64,000 nucleotides of DNA from an uncultured delta proteobacterium (GCA_963778655.1 CAVZVA010000010.1:192001-256000); one strand, 5' to 3'. Counted from the stretch's first letter, positions 9,578 through 20,311 are shown. Notes: generated by a model from the sequence alone, not told the origin. Made by a program: numbers and translations.

Positions 9578-10281
9578 AATGAGCCGGTCTGAGACTTAGG
9601 AATCTCCAGTCCTCTACTCTTGAGCCCGTTGGTGTCAAAGCAAATGTTGCTGCCGATGCGAGCCCACCAGAGACAAACTTGGGTGCCCTGTGGACCCGGG
9701 ACGCACGAACTCGCACCCGCGTCCTTCGGCGGCGGACAACATTCCGCATCAGTACGACAAGAAAAGCAAACGTGATCCATGCAGACGAATCCGTTGCATA
9801 TGTTGTTGAACTTTGGGTCCATCTGAGGCAGGGGGTCTCCGGGTTCGTAACAGAACTGACCGAGCATTCCACCAACGTAGGCTGTTCCGCCTCGACCCTT
9901 GTTCACGCACCGGTCGCGATCGCAGAACGCGTCGCCACCGCAGTTACCGCAGCCCTCATCGAACATGCGCGGAGGACCTAGCTCATCTTGAGTTGGCGGC
10001 TGATTAAACTGGATGATGTCTGGCCCCGAGAAGTCGAATGCCGCATCTGGTTGGGTCGGCTGGATGACAGAACCATCCATACATCCGGGCGCCTGCGTGA
10101 GTCCGCGAGCCTTGTCTCCGACGCATCCGTCCTTCGACTCGGCCGCCGCGTCCTTTTGGCTATTGGCGGAATGCGCCGCCGTTCCACTTGCCCCAGAGCA
10201 ACTGACGGCGATTACGGCGAGGACGGATGCGGCCCCAATTTGCGCTGGACGATTCCGCTGTATAATCCCCCGGATCCCCAC
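9574..10281 (-). CDS. Cys-rich lipoprotein, partner gene of the neprosin cassette
   Basis: GTG 2 nt after the neprosin stop, hydrophobic stretch ending AVSC, about 14 Cys in the C-terminal half; stop codon supplied by the IS66 end. Confidence 0.7.
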   Translation of the reverse strand: MGIRGIIQRNRPAQIGAASVLAVIAVSCSGASGTAAHSANSQKDAAAESKDGCVGDKARGLTQAPGCMDGSVIQPTQPDAAFDFSGPDIIQFNQPPTQDELGPPRMFDEGCGNCGGDAFCDRDRCVNKGRGGTAYVGGMLGQFCYEPGDPLPQMDPKFNNICNGFVCMDHVCFSCRTDAECCPPPKDAGASSCVPGPQGTQVCLWWARIGSNICFDTNGLKSRGLEIPKSQTGSL

Positions 10282-11590
10282 GCTTAGTTGTCCGTGGTGC
10301 AATTTGGCCAATTATAGCCAGGTCCGCCTAGGGCGAACCAGTCATTCCAAACACCATCATTCTGCCGTCCGTAGGTGTTGTCATAGCACGAAAAATTCGA
10401 GGTGAGGAAATTGTACGAGTTGTTGTAGAAAGGGTCCCAAGTCGATGCATCGGGGCTCGTCACGAGATCTCGGATGTAGGCAGCGGAACCAACCCCAGCC
10501 GCAACAAACTGCCCACTCCCCATGTCGGTGGCGGTCATGACGTGGGACGCGTCTTGGGCATCGGCCACCTCACCGTACCAGCTCGCCGTGGCGATTCCAC
10601 CTGCGAGACCATCAAATGTCGTCCCAGCGTTTGGATCATAGTATGTCGCCGGCACAGCGCCGATCCATTCATCGCCCCACCACACGTAATACCAGCCGGG
10701 CTGGGCGAGAACGCCAGTGAGCGCTTCTACCTGGTTTCCCCCAAGAACGCTTGCAGGCAATACCATGCCTGGCGCTTTAGTTGAGGAGATCTGATACCAG
10801 CCGTTGCATCCGCTGTTCCAACAAGAGGTCTGGTAGCCGTCTGGGGTTAAAAACAAAAAGAGGTGGGTCGAGGAGTCCTGGAAGAGCTGAGGCTGTACCA
10901 TCCAGCCGACCTCCAACGTGTCCTTCAGGCCGTCTGCACCGACGTTTGCCGCGGCGAACTGCATCAGCGACATTCGGCCCGGTTCGGTGGCATCAAGCAC
11001 GGGATTCCAGATGTTTAGGAATGCGGCCGTGCCCCAGAATGATCCGAAGGCGGTCACCTGCTGGTAGTGTCTGCAGTATCCGGGTGAATTGGGCGGGCAA
11101 ATTGCGGGATCGGGATTGTTCACAGACGCGAAGAAGTCGTTGAGCGTCGTCGCTTTGGTCGAAACGTAGTCGGCATCAGGCCGCCAACGTGGAACGGTAC
11201 CGTTGGGTCCCGTGAGTTGGGCATTGACTCCCATGAGCAACCGTTCCATTTCCGGTGTCATAACTTCAGCGCGGGTCTTCCCCTCGAGTTCCCACAACGG
11301 CGGTGGCAGTGGAGGCGGCGTGACCCCGTCGGGAAGCTGCGATTCCGGCTTTACCCAGTCGAACAACTGGCCGCGACTTCGTTGCTTGCCGGCGACGATG
11401 TCCAGGTTCGCGCGATCGGCGTCGATGGCGGCTTCAATGCGTGCGCCACGCGAACTCTGCGATCCAGAAATCGTTAGCGCCTCTGCCTGCGCCTGCGGTG
11501 GCGCCTGATCTTGTGCGTTTTCACGCTCCATTACACATCCTGCACACCCTGGAATTCCCCCGATTTCTTGGACAAGTTCAATGAGGCACT

Positions 11591-11914
11591 ATGCGTCCAG
11601 AAATCATGCCAAAGAAGCGACAAGGAAAACGCCGGAAGTTCACCAGCGAGTACAAGGCGGAGGTGGTTCGGCTGTGCCAGCAGCCGGGCAGCACGCCGTT
11701 CGCGGTTGCCCGAGAGCTTGGCCTGACGGCAAGCGCGGTGACCAACTGGGTTCGTCAAGCGACCGTGGATGCCGGCGGCGGCGGCTCGGGTCCGCTGACG
11801 ACGGCGGAGCGAGAGGAGCTGGCGGCGCTTCGGCGTGAAAACCGAGTGCTGCGACAGGAACGCGAGATTCTGAAACGGGCCACCGCTTTTTTCGCCAAGG
11901 AGGGCACGTCGTGA
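11591..11914 (+). CDS. IS3 transposase OrfA
   Basis: [16 protein letters not shown], coiled coil [25 protein letters not shown]. Confidence 0.95.
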   Translation: MRPEIMPKKRQGKRRKFTSEYKAEVVRLCQQPGSTPFAVARELGLTASAVTNWVRQATVDAGGGGSGPLTTAEREELAALRRENRVLRQEREILKRATAFFAKEGTS

Positions 11915-12789
11915 CCGCAGACGTGTACCGTTTGGCCGACGAGTCCAAGACGTCGGTCGCCGCGGTCTGTCGTGCGCTGCAGTTGCCACGCAGCACGGTG
12001 TATGCGCAACGGTCGCGCCCTGTGAGCGCACGGGCCCAGGAGACCGCACAGCTCGACGTCGAGATCACCGCGACCCATCTGCAAAGCAAGCGGCGCTACG
12101 GGAGCCCGCGCATTCACCGACACCTGCGGCGGCAAGGAAGACGCGTCAGCCGAAAACGCATCGAAGCGCGAATGAGGGCGCTGGGCTTGCGTGCCCGGTG
12201 TCCCAAGCGCTTCCGGCGCACGACCCAGGCCGACAGCTCGCACGTCCCGGCGCCCAACCTGCTCGATCGCCGCTTCCGCTGGGACAGCCCCAATCGAGCA
12301 TGGGTCGGCGATATCACCTACGTGTGGACCGCCCAGGGATGGAGCTACCTGGCGATCCTGGTGGACCTGTGCACGCGAGCCATCGTCGGCTGGGCCGTCA
12401 GCGACCGTTGCGACACGGCCCTGGCGCTGCGGGCTCTGCGGGCCGCCGTGGCTCGCCAGCGTCCTAGCCCAGGTCTGCTTCACCACACCGACCGCGGCTC
12501 GACGTACACGGCCGCGGACTACCGCGCGTGCCTTCGCAAGCTCGGCATGCAGGTCAGCATGAGTCGGAAAGGCAACTGCTGGGACAACGCCGTGGCGGAG
12601 TCGACCATTGGCACCATCAAAGCCGAGCTCTTTGGAGACCGGGTTCCGGGGAGCATCGACGAAGTCCGCTCCCTGCTGTTCCCGTATATCGAGGGCTTCT
12701 ACAACCGATCCCGTCTTCATTCTTCAATCGACTACATGACACCTGCGGAGAAAGAAGACATGACCTGTCACAGCGGAGCTGTGGCATAA
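11911..12789 (+). CDS. IS3 transposase OrfB (DDE)
   Basis: [39 protein letters not shown]. Confidence 0.95.
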   Translation: MTADVYRLADESKTSVAAVCRALQLPRSTVYAQRSRPVSARAQETAQLDVEITATHLQSKRRYGSPRIHRHLRRQGRRVSRKRIEARMRALGLRARCPKRFRRTTQADSSHVPAPNLLDRRFRWDSPNRAWVGDITYVWTAQGWSYLAILVDLCTRAIVGWAVSDRCDTALALRALRAAVARQRPSPGLLHHTDRGSTYTAADYRACLRKLGMQVSMSRKGNCWDNAVAESTIGTIKAELFGDRVPGSIDEVRSLLFPYIEGFYNRSRLHSSIDYMTPAEKEDMTCHSGAVA

Positions 12790-12910
12790 CAAAGCTGTCT
12801 ACGAAATCGGGGGAGGCTCACCCGAACGAAGGAAGAACCAACGTAGTGCAATAGAGAAAAGTTCTTGCAAGAGGCATGAGGCGCTCCTTAGTAGTGAGGT
12901 TGGGATTGGG

Positions 12911-12965
12911 TTGATCAGATTCGACACGCTCGGGCACGTTTCTGTCGTGTACCTCAGGGCCTACA
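12911..12965. promoter_or_regulatory. Conserved divergent-promoter block, copy 1
   Basis: 45/55 identical to 19038-19092; contains CGACA-N16-TGTCG; 34 bp from the peptidase ATG. Confidence 0.7.
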
Positions 12966-13090
12966 AATGGCATTTTTTTCCAGTGGAGGCGGATGAATCG
13001 CGGTGGAGTGCAGGATGCTCTTGCGCGTGGTGCGACGAAGTGAAAGACCGATCGTGTGCGGGTTGCGCGCGGGTGGGAGTGCGTTTTGCC

Positions 13091-13723
13091 GTGGCTTCGA
13101 CCGACCGCCTTGTGATGGTGGTGGAAGACGATCCCCTCGTGGCACGGGCCATCGCGCGTCGGCTTCGCCCTAGGGTTCAGGTGGAAGTGAGCGAACGCAC
13201 AGGGTCGGCCCTTGCTCGTTTGTGTCAGCTAGGCGCTGCGCTGATCGTCGACGTCAACCTTCCTGATGGCTGTGGCCTCTCGGTGGCCGAGCATGCGCGG
13301 TCCCGTGCTGCCGGCTTGCCCATCCTCGTGGTGACGGGCGCTCCTGACGCGCGGGTCGCCGCCTCGGCGTTCGCGCTCGACGCTCCCCTCTTGATCAAGC
13401 CATTTGCTCCCCAAAATCTCGATCGTTTCATTGCGCGAGTTGTCTCCTGCCAGGAGTGCGCAGCGCATGACTCGGCGGCCCATCTTGATTGGTATCTAGA
13501 CAGGTCAGCGGTTAAGGTCACGGCGCGGGAGAGAGAGATCCTTTCCCTCGCGATCCTGGGCCTCGAACGGCGCGAGATCGCACGGTCTCTCGGGCTTGCG
13601 GAAGGCACGATCAAGACGTTCATCAACCGGCTGCTCCGCAAGACGGGTGAGAGAAATCTGGCGAGAATGGCGATGCGGATTTGGACCGCGCGCAGCGGAC
13701 CGCCAGGAACCCGTCGTTCTTAA
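13091..13723 (+). CDS. REC-LuxR response regulator, copy 1
   Basis: VEDD, IVDVNLPDGCG, VTG, IKPF and LuxR HTH TAREREIL..G...EIA..LGLAEGTIKT; GTG start chosen by paralogy with 19214. Confidence 0.92.
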   Translation: MASTDRLVMVVEDDPLVARAIARRLRPRVQVEVSERTGSALARLCQLGAALIVDVNLPDGCGLSVAEHARSRAAGLPILVVTGAPDARVAASAFALDAPLLIKPFAPQNLDRFIARVVSCQECAAHDSAAHLDWYLDRSAVKVTAREREILSLAILGLERREIARSLGLAEGTIKTFINRLLRKTGERNLARMAMRIWTARSGPPGTRRS

Positions 13724-13815
13724 CACTACTGATCCCCCGCGCGAACAAGTAGCGAGAGCGGAAGGTCCGGCCATCCGCTCACAACAACGCCCTGTTGACC
13801 TGAGGGCGAGTCACC

Positions 13816-14791
13816 GTGAAGATCGGCACTGCGGGGCGAGTTCGGGGTCGGGAGGCGGGCTTGGCGATCGGTCGGCGGCTGGCGGCGTGGCTCACGGCGG
13901 GGTTGGTGGCGAGCGGATGCAGCGATGCAGCGCAGCCGCCGTGCGGCGGCAAGGACACCTGTCCGTCGGGGTATAGCTGTCAGGATCGCGGGCAAGGCTA
14001 TCGCTGCTGGCGGAATGGCGCCGACGGTGGCGCATACGCGGCGACGCCGGCCGACGATGCAGGCGGCGGGGGCGAGCACGATGCCGGCACGCTCGGGCCC
14101 GTGGGTGGCTCGGTGGGTGGCTCGAGCGATGCAGTCACGGACGCGGGACCTGCGGACGGCAGCTCGTCCGGTACGGGCCGCGACGCCGGCGCAACGCCGC
14201 CGGCCGGTAGCTGTTCGGCGCCGGCGATCCTGTTCTTGATCGACGGATCGAGCAGCATGTGTGCGCCGTTCGACGGGTTGACGCGCTGGACGGCGGTGCG
14301 CGCGGCGCTGCTCGATGACGAGGGGGTGCTGCGGCGCTCGCAAGCGCAGGCCGATCTCGGCGTGACGCTGTTCGACGGCTCGATCGACAGCGGGCTGGTC
14401 TTGGTGTCAGGGAATGTGTCATCCGGCGTGGCGTGCGACTCGTTGTCCAACGCGGCGGTGACCAGCGAGTGTCCGCACCTGATCGTCGTCCAGCCCGCGG
14501 CAAACAACGCCGACGCCATCGATGCGATGTATCCCACTGCCGAGCTCGGCGGCTCGACACCGACCGACAAGGCGATGGCCGTCGCCGAGACCGAGCTGGA
14601 ACACGCTGGCCTCGGCGCAGATCCCAGGCATCCTGCTGCGATCGTGTTGGTCACAGACGGTACGCCCAACGATTTCTGCGTCGGTGGCGCTGGTGGCGAC
14701 GGCAGCGCGCAACGCGCCGGCGCGATCGCCCAGGTCGATCGCGCTGCGAGCATGGGCATCCGTACCTTCGCGATCAATCTGGCCTCGGGCA
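13816..14791 (+). pseudogene. VWA-domain lipoprotein, 3'-truncated
   Basis: Lipobox ASGC, MIDAS DGSSS, GSTPT, LVTDGTPN; VWA-like sequence stops after RTFAINL at the inverted end at 14792. Confidence 0.8.
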
Positions 14792-16550
14792 CTCAGAGGA
14801 TCCGTCCGAGGTACGCGCCGTCGGAGGGGCATCTGCGGGCGCCAGGACCGCTGTCACGAGGCCTCGGAGAGCTGGCCTGGGATGGCGGCGACGGGCTGCG
14901 CGACGCGACAGGTGCCACCTTGGTGGCATTGGGGCGGCTGAAACGGCAGTGCGGGCGCACGAAGACAGCCCGGGGGCCGTGACCCCGGTGCGCACGCCGG
15001 CGAGGGCGCTCTGCGGTTAGGCAGGTGGATCGGTGCCGTGGCGCGATGTGCGGGGGCGACCGAGGCGGCGGTCGCGCAGCGTGATGATGCGGCGCGCATC
15101 GCGATCGCCGCCGACGGTGCTGCGTTTGTCGAAGCGGTGCCGGACGATCACCGGCGCACGCTCGTGAACGACGTCGTGATCGATGCGCTCGTGACCGTCG
15201 CGGCGAGCCTGGCCCGGCCGAAGCCGGGCGGCCGGCGCGCTCCCGGTCGGGGTCCGCTGCGGGTGTTGGAAGTCCATGCCGTCGGAGGCGTGCTCGCAGA
15301 TGACCTCGACCTCGTCGAGCAGCGCCTCACGCGCCCGGTCCATCAGCTCGAAGCGTGCTTCAGCGCTGGCCGCGGGCTGAGCGCGAGCCGCGCGCTGCTC
15401 GAGCAGCCACTGCACCTGCCGCAACGTCGGCCCTGGGCGCGTGACGACGCCGGTGCCGAAGTCGGGCTCGGCCACCGGTGCCCCATGCTGCACGCGCATC
15501 TGATACGTCCCGTAAGGGAACTCTTGTGCGAAATCGCCACCGTTGCGAGCGAGCCGTGCGCGCTCGTGGCCATGCCGAAAGCCTCGCGTCTCGAGCGCCG
15601 CCTCGATGTGCGCCTGCTGCCCCACGATGCCGCGCGCACCGATGCGGAACGTCGGCACCGAGCGTCCCCGACTCTCGCGCAGGGTGCGCGGCTCGCTCCA
15701 GGGGTGCAGCCGCGTGATCGCCCGGGCGCCCAGCGGAGCGCGCTTCTGCCGCGCGCGCAGCTCGCGCGCGCTGTGCTCGGCCAGGCGCTTCATCGCGTGC
15801 ACGAGCTTGTCCAGATCACTGCCGAAGGCCAGGTACAGCAGCGGGGGCGGCGTCACGTCCAGCCGCAGCACCTCCGGCTGGCTGTCGCTGAAGTAGAAGT
15901 CGGGGCGGCGGACATCGAGGTAGCCCTTGCGCCAGAGCTCGAAGTCGAAGACGAAGCCGGGCATGTGCTCGGGACGCCAGAGCAGGCCCGCGGCCACCGG
16001 GTTGAGGTACTCGTAGATGAGCTGCGTGCTCTGGGCGGCGTCGTCGCACAGCCGCATCATGTGGGTGGCGCGGCCGTCGAACAGCTCGCCGGGCTGGTCG
16101 TAGCGCTGCTGGGCCAGCAGGGTGTTGAGCGCGCAGCTGAGCTCGTGGTGGAACATCCGAGTGAAGCACGGCAGGTTGTCGCGCTCGGGCGTGACGGTCA
16201 GGTGGTTGTGGGTGATGACGCGCGTGGCGTGATGGACGGCCACGCCGGTGTGCCTCTGTGCCAGCGCCAGGCTGTAGAGCCAGGCCTGCTCCACGCCCGG
16301 GTGCCACGGCGCCAGGAATGCCTTGCGTAGGGTCGTGCGCCGTGTGATGGCGGTGGTCGCACCGGGGACGATGATGCGCGGAGCCGTCACGCCCGGCCGC
16401 GGGTGCGAGAACTGGGCCGGGCGGCCGCAAGGCAAAATCGGGCACTTAGGCGCCGAGCCCCGGCGAATCTGGCCGCCACCGCCGGCGGCCGCCACCACGC
16501 AACGCCCGGCACTGGACAGACTTTCGGCTATCTGGGATCGATCTTCTGAG
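14792..16550 (-). mobile_element. Y1/HUH transposase element delimited by imperfect inverted repeats
   Basis: CTCAGAGGATCCGTCCGAGGTA vs reverse complement CTCAGAAGATCGATCCCAGATA (17/22); both neighbouring genes are truncated at these ends. Confidence 0.7.
15017..16390 (-). CDS. Y1 (RAYT / IS200-like) HUH transposase with long C-terminal extension
   Basis: PRIIVPGATTAITRRT, HUH-like THNHL, catalytic-Tyr motif YEYLNPVAAGL, FPYGTY. Confidence 0.85.
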   Translation of the reverse strand: MTAPRIIVPGATTAITRRTTLRKAFLAPWHPGVEQAWLYSLALAQRHTGVAVHHATRVITHNHLTVTPERDNLPCFTRMFHHELSCALNTLLAQQRYDQPGELFDGRATHMMRLCDDAAQSTQLIYEYLNPVAAGLLWRPEHMPGFVFDFELWRKGYLDVRRPDFYFSDSQPEVLRLDVTPPPLLYLAFGSDLDKLVHAMKRLAEHSARELRARQKRAPLGARAITRLHPWSEPRTLRESRGRSVPTFRIGARGIVGQQAHIEAALETRGFRHGHERARLARNGGDFAQEFPYGTYQMRVQHGAPVAEPDFGTGVVTRPGPTLRQVQWLLEQRAARAQPAASAEARFELMDRAREALLDEVEVICEHASDGMDFQHPQRTPTGSAPAARLRPGQARRDGHERIDHDVVHERAPVIVRHRFDKRSTVGGDRDARRIITLRDRRLGRPRTSRHGTDPPA

Positions 16551-17211
16551 GACCGTGCGCTTGAGGTGCTCGAGCTTCTGCTTGTTCGCGGTCTTCACGG
16601 TGCGGTACAGCTGCACCAAGCACGGCAGCGAAAAGGTCTTGCCCCACGGCAACGTGACCGCCACGGCGAGCACGACCCAGTTGTGCCCGAAGTGGAAGAA
16701 GGGCTTGTTGCCCGTCGACAGCAACGGGTCCCGGTGCATTCCAGCCGAGGCGATGTGCTTTCCGGTGTGACGAGCTAGCGTATCGTCCAGCGTCAGCTTC
16801 ACCCGCTCTTGCGGCGGCACCAGCCTCAGCGCCAGCTGCAGTACGACCCGGCCAACACGCTCCGGCGACCACGCCCCGCGGCTGAAGAACCGGTGGTAGC
16901 CGCTGGCGTCATCGCGCTCGGCTCCGGCTGCGCGCACCACGCCCGTGACGGTATGCTTGGCGATACATAGCAGCCAGCCCGTCATCAGCGTCACGAAGCG
17001 ACTGAAGCTCGGGGCCGTGAAGCACGGCTCAAATGCGTACAAGCACTCAACAAGGCTCTGAGGTAGCATCGGGCGGGGCTTTCATTGGTCAGGTTGCCGT
17101 CTAGACAACCGCGACTCTGATCCCGATGACGGCCCCACTCAATCTCTTTGCCCTCAGGCTCGCGCGTCTGCGCGCGAACCTGAGCGCCCTACAAAACCGC
17201 CGAAGTCGAGT
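16551..17211 (-). mobile_element. Truncated IS701-like element (transposase 5' part 17069-16551)
   Basis: YHRFFSRGAW, LTLDDT..RHTGKHI..AGMHRDP, GHNWV; end ACTCGACTTCGGCGG abuts CTAG at 17212-17215. Confidence 0.8.
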
Positions 17212-17859
17212 CTAGGGACAGGACGTGCGTGAGTCGACCCTGACCATCATGCAGGGATCCCCATTCGCAGATGTCGAGCCGTCGCTGGGGAACGTCATGC
17301 CGCTCAGCGCCTGTCGATACTCCTCGGTCGTCAATGGCGCGAGCTGCCTATTCTCGACCTTGAAGAACCTGCGGTCTCCGAAGCCAGCGGGCTGGGCAAA
17401 CGTGTCGCCCTGCCGGACAAAGCCTGGCGGCACCCCGTCCTGGCTCGTGACGGCAAGGTCTGTTCCCTCGACACGCTCAGCATAGATTCCGTCCGGTAGG
17501 GTTTCGTCATGAACCAACGGTATCTCGATGTCGTCCCCTGCCTGCGCCACGAACGTCCACTTATCTGACGGACCGGTCTGCTCGCTCGCGATTTTGATAC
17601 AAGCACCGATGCAGGTTGAGACTTGCCTCTCCACCGCGAACAAGGTGCTGTCCAGCAGAAATGACTGCAATAGGGAGCTGTCCAGATGCACCGTGATGCC
17701 GTCCGGCACCGTGGCGCTGCCCGCGTTCACGGGTCCAACGCTAGCCATCGGTGCAGGCGCGGGCATTCCGCGCGGATGTGACGACCCCGGCTGCGAGGAT
17801 CCGCCGCAGCCCGCGGTGCCCAGAATGCCGACAATAGCAACGAAAATCGACTTGCACAT
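17212..17859 (-). CDS. Hypothetical lipoprotein, partner gene of cassette 2
   Basis: GGAGG RBS, MCKSIFVAIVGILGTAGC lipobox; 28 bp downstream of the peptidase-like gene. Confidence 0.8.
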   Translation of the reverse strand: MCKSIFVAIVGILGTAGCGGSSQPGSSHPRGMPAPAPMASVGPVNAGSATVPDGITVHLDSSLLQSFLLDSTLFAVERQVSTCIGACIKIASEQTGPSDKWTFVAQAGDDIEIPLVHDETLPDGIYAERVEGTDLAVTSQDGVPPGFVRQGDTFAQPAGFGDRRFFKVENRQLAPLTTEEYRQALSGMTFPSDGSTSANGDPCMMVRVDSRTSCP

Positions 17860-17887
17860 GGTAAACCTCCTGTGTGCGTCACCTCGG

Positions 17888-19003
17888 TCAGTAGGTAAGG
17901 GTGAAGGTTCGCCCGGAACGGCTCGCGCCATACCAGCACTGGGGCGTCGATGACGTGAATCCCCATATGAACCCGAGCGAGTTTGCTACCTCGATGTAGT
18001 TGTTCGGATTCGGCCCGGGCTCGTAGAGATACGTGTTGGAGAATCGCTCCGGCGACGACGGATACTGGTTACAACTGTTTAGGTTGTACGGCTCCATCAC
18101 AGCGGGGAAGGCTGCCTGCATCGGGACCGATATCCATATCCAAAGGGAGGTCGATGTTCCGTCCTGCCGTCTCGACTGGATTTGCCACTCGCAACCACCT
18201 GCGGAGTTGCAGCTGGTGCCGGCCATCACCCCGGTAACGGTGTCGCCGGGATAGACGTTAATCGACGGACTGGACCAGAATGCATTCCCAGACCAGTCGA
18301 CAACCCACGAGTCCATCAGCCAATAGTTGCCGCCACCGTTATGAGCAGGGCCCCACTGCAAGACAGGCTGTATGAGTATCCAGCCTGAACCCAGGTTCTC
18401 CATGCCGTTCCAGAGGAAGATGGTCTGCCCCGACTGCGAGGTCGGGGTAGCAGGCACGGTCCACTGTCCGTCCATATAGTTGTACCAGTTGAAGCCATAG
18501 GCATTGGTTGGTGGCGGGAGGGGATAGAAATAGGTGTAAACCGCCCAGCCGGAGACGGTGGGTACCACCGAATCGGGAACCGGGGCAGATGCGGCCTGAA
18601 CCTGAGTCGCGGCGAAGGACGAGGACACCTTGGGAGCATAGCGGCACCGCGGGTAACGTGCCACGACGTTGCCCCCGTTGCCCCCTACACTAACAACCAC
18701 GTCGGACTCTTCGTAAGAGATCGTCGCACCTTCCGGCACCGCGTGAGCACACGAGCGGTGCGTCCTCAACACAGGCGTGGTCACGTACTCACTATCGTCT
18801 GCGGTCAGCAGTTGTGGTGATGCCTCTGACGCACCGGCCCCGCCTTGGTTGGTGTCGGCGGTCAACGGCTCTGGCGATGCCGCCACTGCATCCGCACTCT
18901 GTTTGCCATCTTGGCCTGGGGCCTCGCGCCCAGCCGGGCCTACGCACCCTGCAAGTTGCAGCGCGAGGAGCCCGGCCCCGCAAATCGCTACCGCGTGTCC
19001 CAT
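17888..19003 (-). CDS. Secreted lipoprotein with a putative G1-like glutamic peptidase domain
   Basis: Lipobox LAGC; WTVP..P, IFLWNGM, LIQPVLQWG..GGGNYW, VYPGDTVTG and MEPY parallel the eqolisin-fold motifs (candidate catalytic Q and E). Confidence 0.65.
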   Translation of the reverse strand: MGHAVAICGAGLLALQLAGCVGPAGREAPGQDGKQSADAVAASPEPLTADTNQGGAGASEASPQLLTADDSEYVTTPVLRTHRSCAHAVPEGATISYEESDVVVSVGGNGGNVVARYPRCRYAPKVSSSFAATQVQAASAPVPDSVVPTVSGWAVYTYFYPLPPPTNAYGFNWYNYMDGQWTVPATPTSQSGQTIFLWNGMENLGSGWILIQPVLQWGPAHNGGGNYWLMDSWVVDWSGNAFWSSPSINVYPGDTVTGVMAGTSCNSAGGCEWQIQSRRQDGTSTSLWIWISVPMQAAFPAVMEPYNLNSCNQYPSSPERFSNTYLYEPGPNPNNYIEVANSLGFIWGFTSSTPQCWYGASRSGRTFTLTY

Positions 19004-19037
19004 GTCTTCCCCCTTTTCGTCCTTGCTGTAGGAGTGT

Positions 19038-19092
19038 TTGATCACATTCGACACGTCCGGGCGCGCCTCTGTCGTGCGCCTCAAGGCGTACA
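19038..19092. promoter_or_regulatory. Conserved divergent-promoter block, copy 2
   Basis: 45/55 identical to 12911-12965; CGACA-N16-TGTCG at 19049-19074; 35 bp from the peptidase ATG. Confidence 0.7.
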
Positions 19093-19213
19093 GGCAGCGC
19101 TTTTATTTCAGCACGACCAATAAATTCGCGACTGGCTGCATGGGTTGCCTTGCGCGGAGTGCCACGGAGTGAGACAGCGAGCATGAGCGCACTGCGCGGG
19201 GCGGAGGGCTTCC

Positions 19214-19837
19214 GTGGCTTCGACAGAACGCGTCGCGATGGTGGTGGAGGACGATGCGCTCGTGGCACGGGCCATCGCGCGTCGTCTGCGCTCTACAGTT
19301 CGGGTGGAAGTGAGCGGTCGCGCAGGGTCTGCGCTCGCTCGCGTGTGTCAGCTAGGCGCTGCGCTAGCGGCGTTGATCGTGGACGTCAAGCTTCCCGACG
19401 GGTGTGGCCTCTCGGTGGCCGAGCAAGCACGCGCCCGTGCGCCCAGCTTGCCCATCCTCGTGGTGACCGGCGCCGCTGATGCCAGGGTCGCCGACTTGGC
19501 ATTCGCGCTCGACGCTCCTCTCTTGATCAAGCCATTTGCTCCCCAGAGTCTCGATCGTTTCATCGCGCGAGTTGTCTACTGCCAGGGGTGTACAACGCAT
19601 GACCCAGCAGCCCATATCGACCGGTACTTGGAGAGATCGGCAGTGGATCTCACGGGGCGGGAGAGAGAGATCTTGTCCTTTGCGATGACGGGCCTCGAAC
19701 GGCGCGAGATCGCACGCTCTCTTGGGCTGGCGGAAGGCACGGTCAAGACCTTGATCAGCCGGCTGCTCCACAAGACAGGCGAGAGGAGTCTGTCTGGCAT
19801 AGCGCTGAGGATTTGGACCGCTCGCAGCGCACAATGA
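19214..19837 (+). CDS. REC-LuxR response regulator, copy 2
   Basis: Same motifs; clearly paralogous along its length to 13091-13723. Confidence 0.92.
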   Translation: MASTERVAMVVEDDALVARAIARRLRSTVRVEVSGRAGSALARVCQLGAALAALIVDVKLPDGCGLSVAEQARARAPSLPILVVTGAADARVADLAFALDAPLLIKPFAPQSLDRFIARVVYCQGCTTHDPAAHIDRYLERSAVDLTGREREILSFAMTGLERREIARSLGLAEGTVKTLISRLLHKTGERSLSGIALRIWTARSAQ

Positions 19838-19898
19838 GCACTGCAACCCGAGCTCGCGCCCGTAACCGTTCAGCCACCGTCTTGAGCGCGGGATCGCG

Positions 19899-20300
19899 TT
19901 GTGCGACTTCGGGCGCATCACGACACGCATCCAGGACCTGAGCGAGCAGATCGAGAAGTTGGTGCGCGAGCACATCGAGGCGAGCCGTCGAGCGGCGGCA
20001 TCAGCCGTGGAGCGTGCGTTCGCGTCGACCGCAACGAAGCCGCGGGCGCAGCCCGCGCACGCGGCGCCGCGCGCGACCGGACGCCGTCGACCGGGGACGG
20101 AGCTGGCAGCGCTGAGCGAGCGCTTGTACGAGTCGGTGTGCGCGCAGCCCGGCGAGACGATGGCGGTGCTCGGGCCCGAGCTCGGCAAGAGGCCGCGCGA
20201 GCTACATCGCCCGATGGCAGTGCTCAAGCACGCGGGTCGTGTGCGCAGCGTCGGTCAGCGCCACCAGACGCGCTACTACCCCGGCGTGCGGTCCGCGTGA
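19899..20300 (+). CDS. Small putative winged-helix DNA-binding protein inside IS66
   Basis: N-terminal helix, basic linker, C-terminal VCAQPGETM..L..ELG....L.RPM..LK..GRVRSVGQRHQTRYYP; start uncertain. Confidence 0.7.
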   Translation: MCDFGRITTRIQDLSEQIEKLVREHIEASRRAAASAVERAFASTATKPRAQPAHAAPRATGRRRPGTELAALSERLYESVCAQPGETMAVLGPELGKRPRELHRPMAVLKHAGRVRSVGQRHQTRYYPGVRSA

Positions 20301-20311
20301 GCGGACGCTGA

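Larger units (their letters stand above)
11550..12820 (+). mobile_element. IS3-family insertion sequence, complete copy (1271 bp)
   Basis: TG...CA IRs (TGGAATTCCCCCGATTTCTTGGACA / TGAGCCTCCCCCGATTTCGTAGACA), 3-bp target duplication CCC, orfA/orfB. Confidence 0.97.
10284..12877 (-). pseudogene. Neprosin-domain (glutamic peptidase G3) lipoprotein interrupted in its signal peptide by IS3
   Basis: DTLEVGW..P.LFQD..THLF.F.T.DGY...CWN..C.GWYQ and WYGEV...TDMGSGQF; joining 12877-12821 to 11546-10284 restores MPLARTFLYCTTLVLPSFGCAGCVMERE with RBS AAGGAG. Confidence 0.88.
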
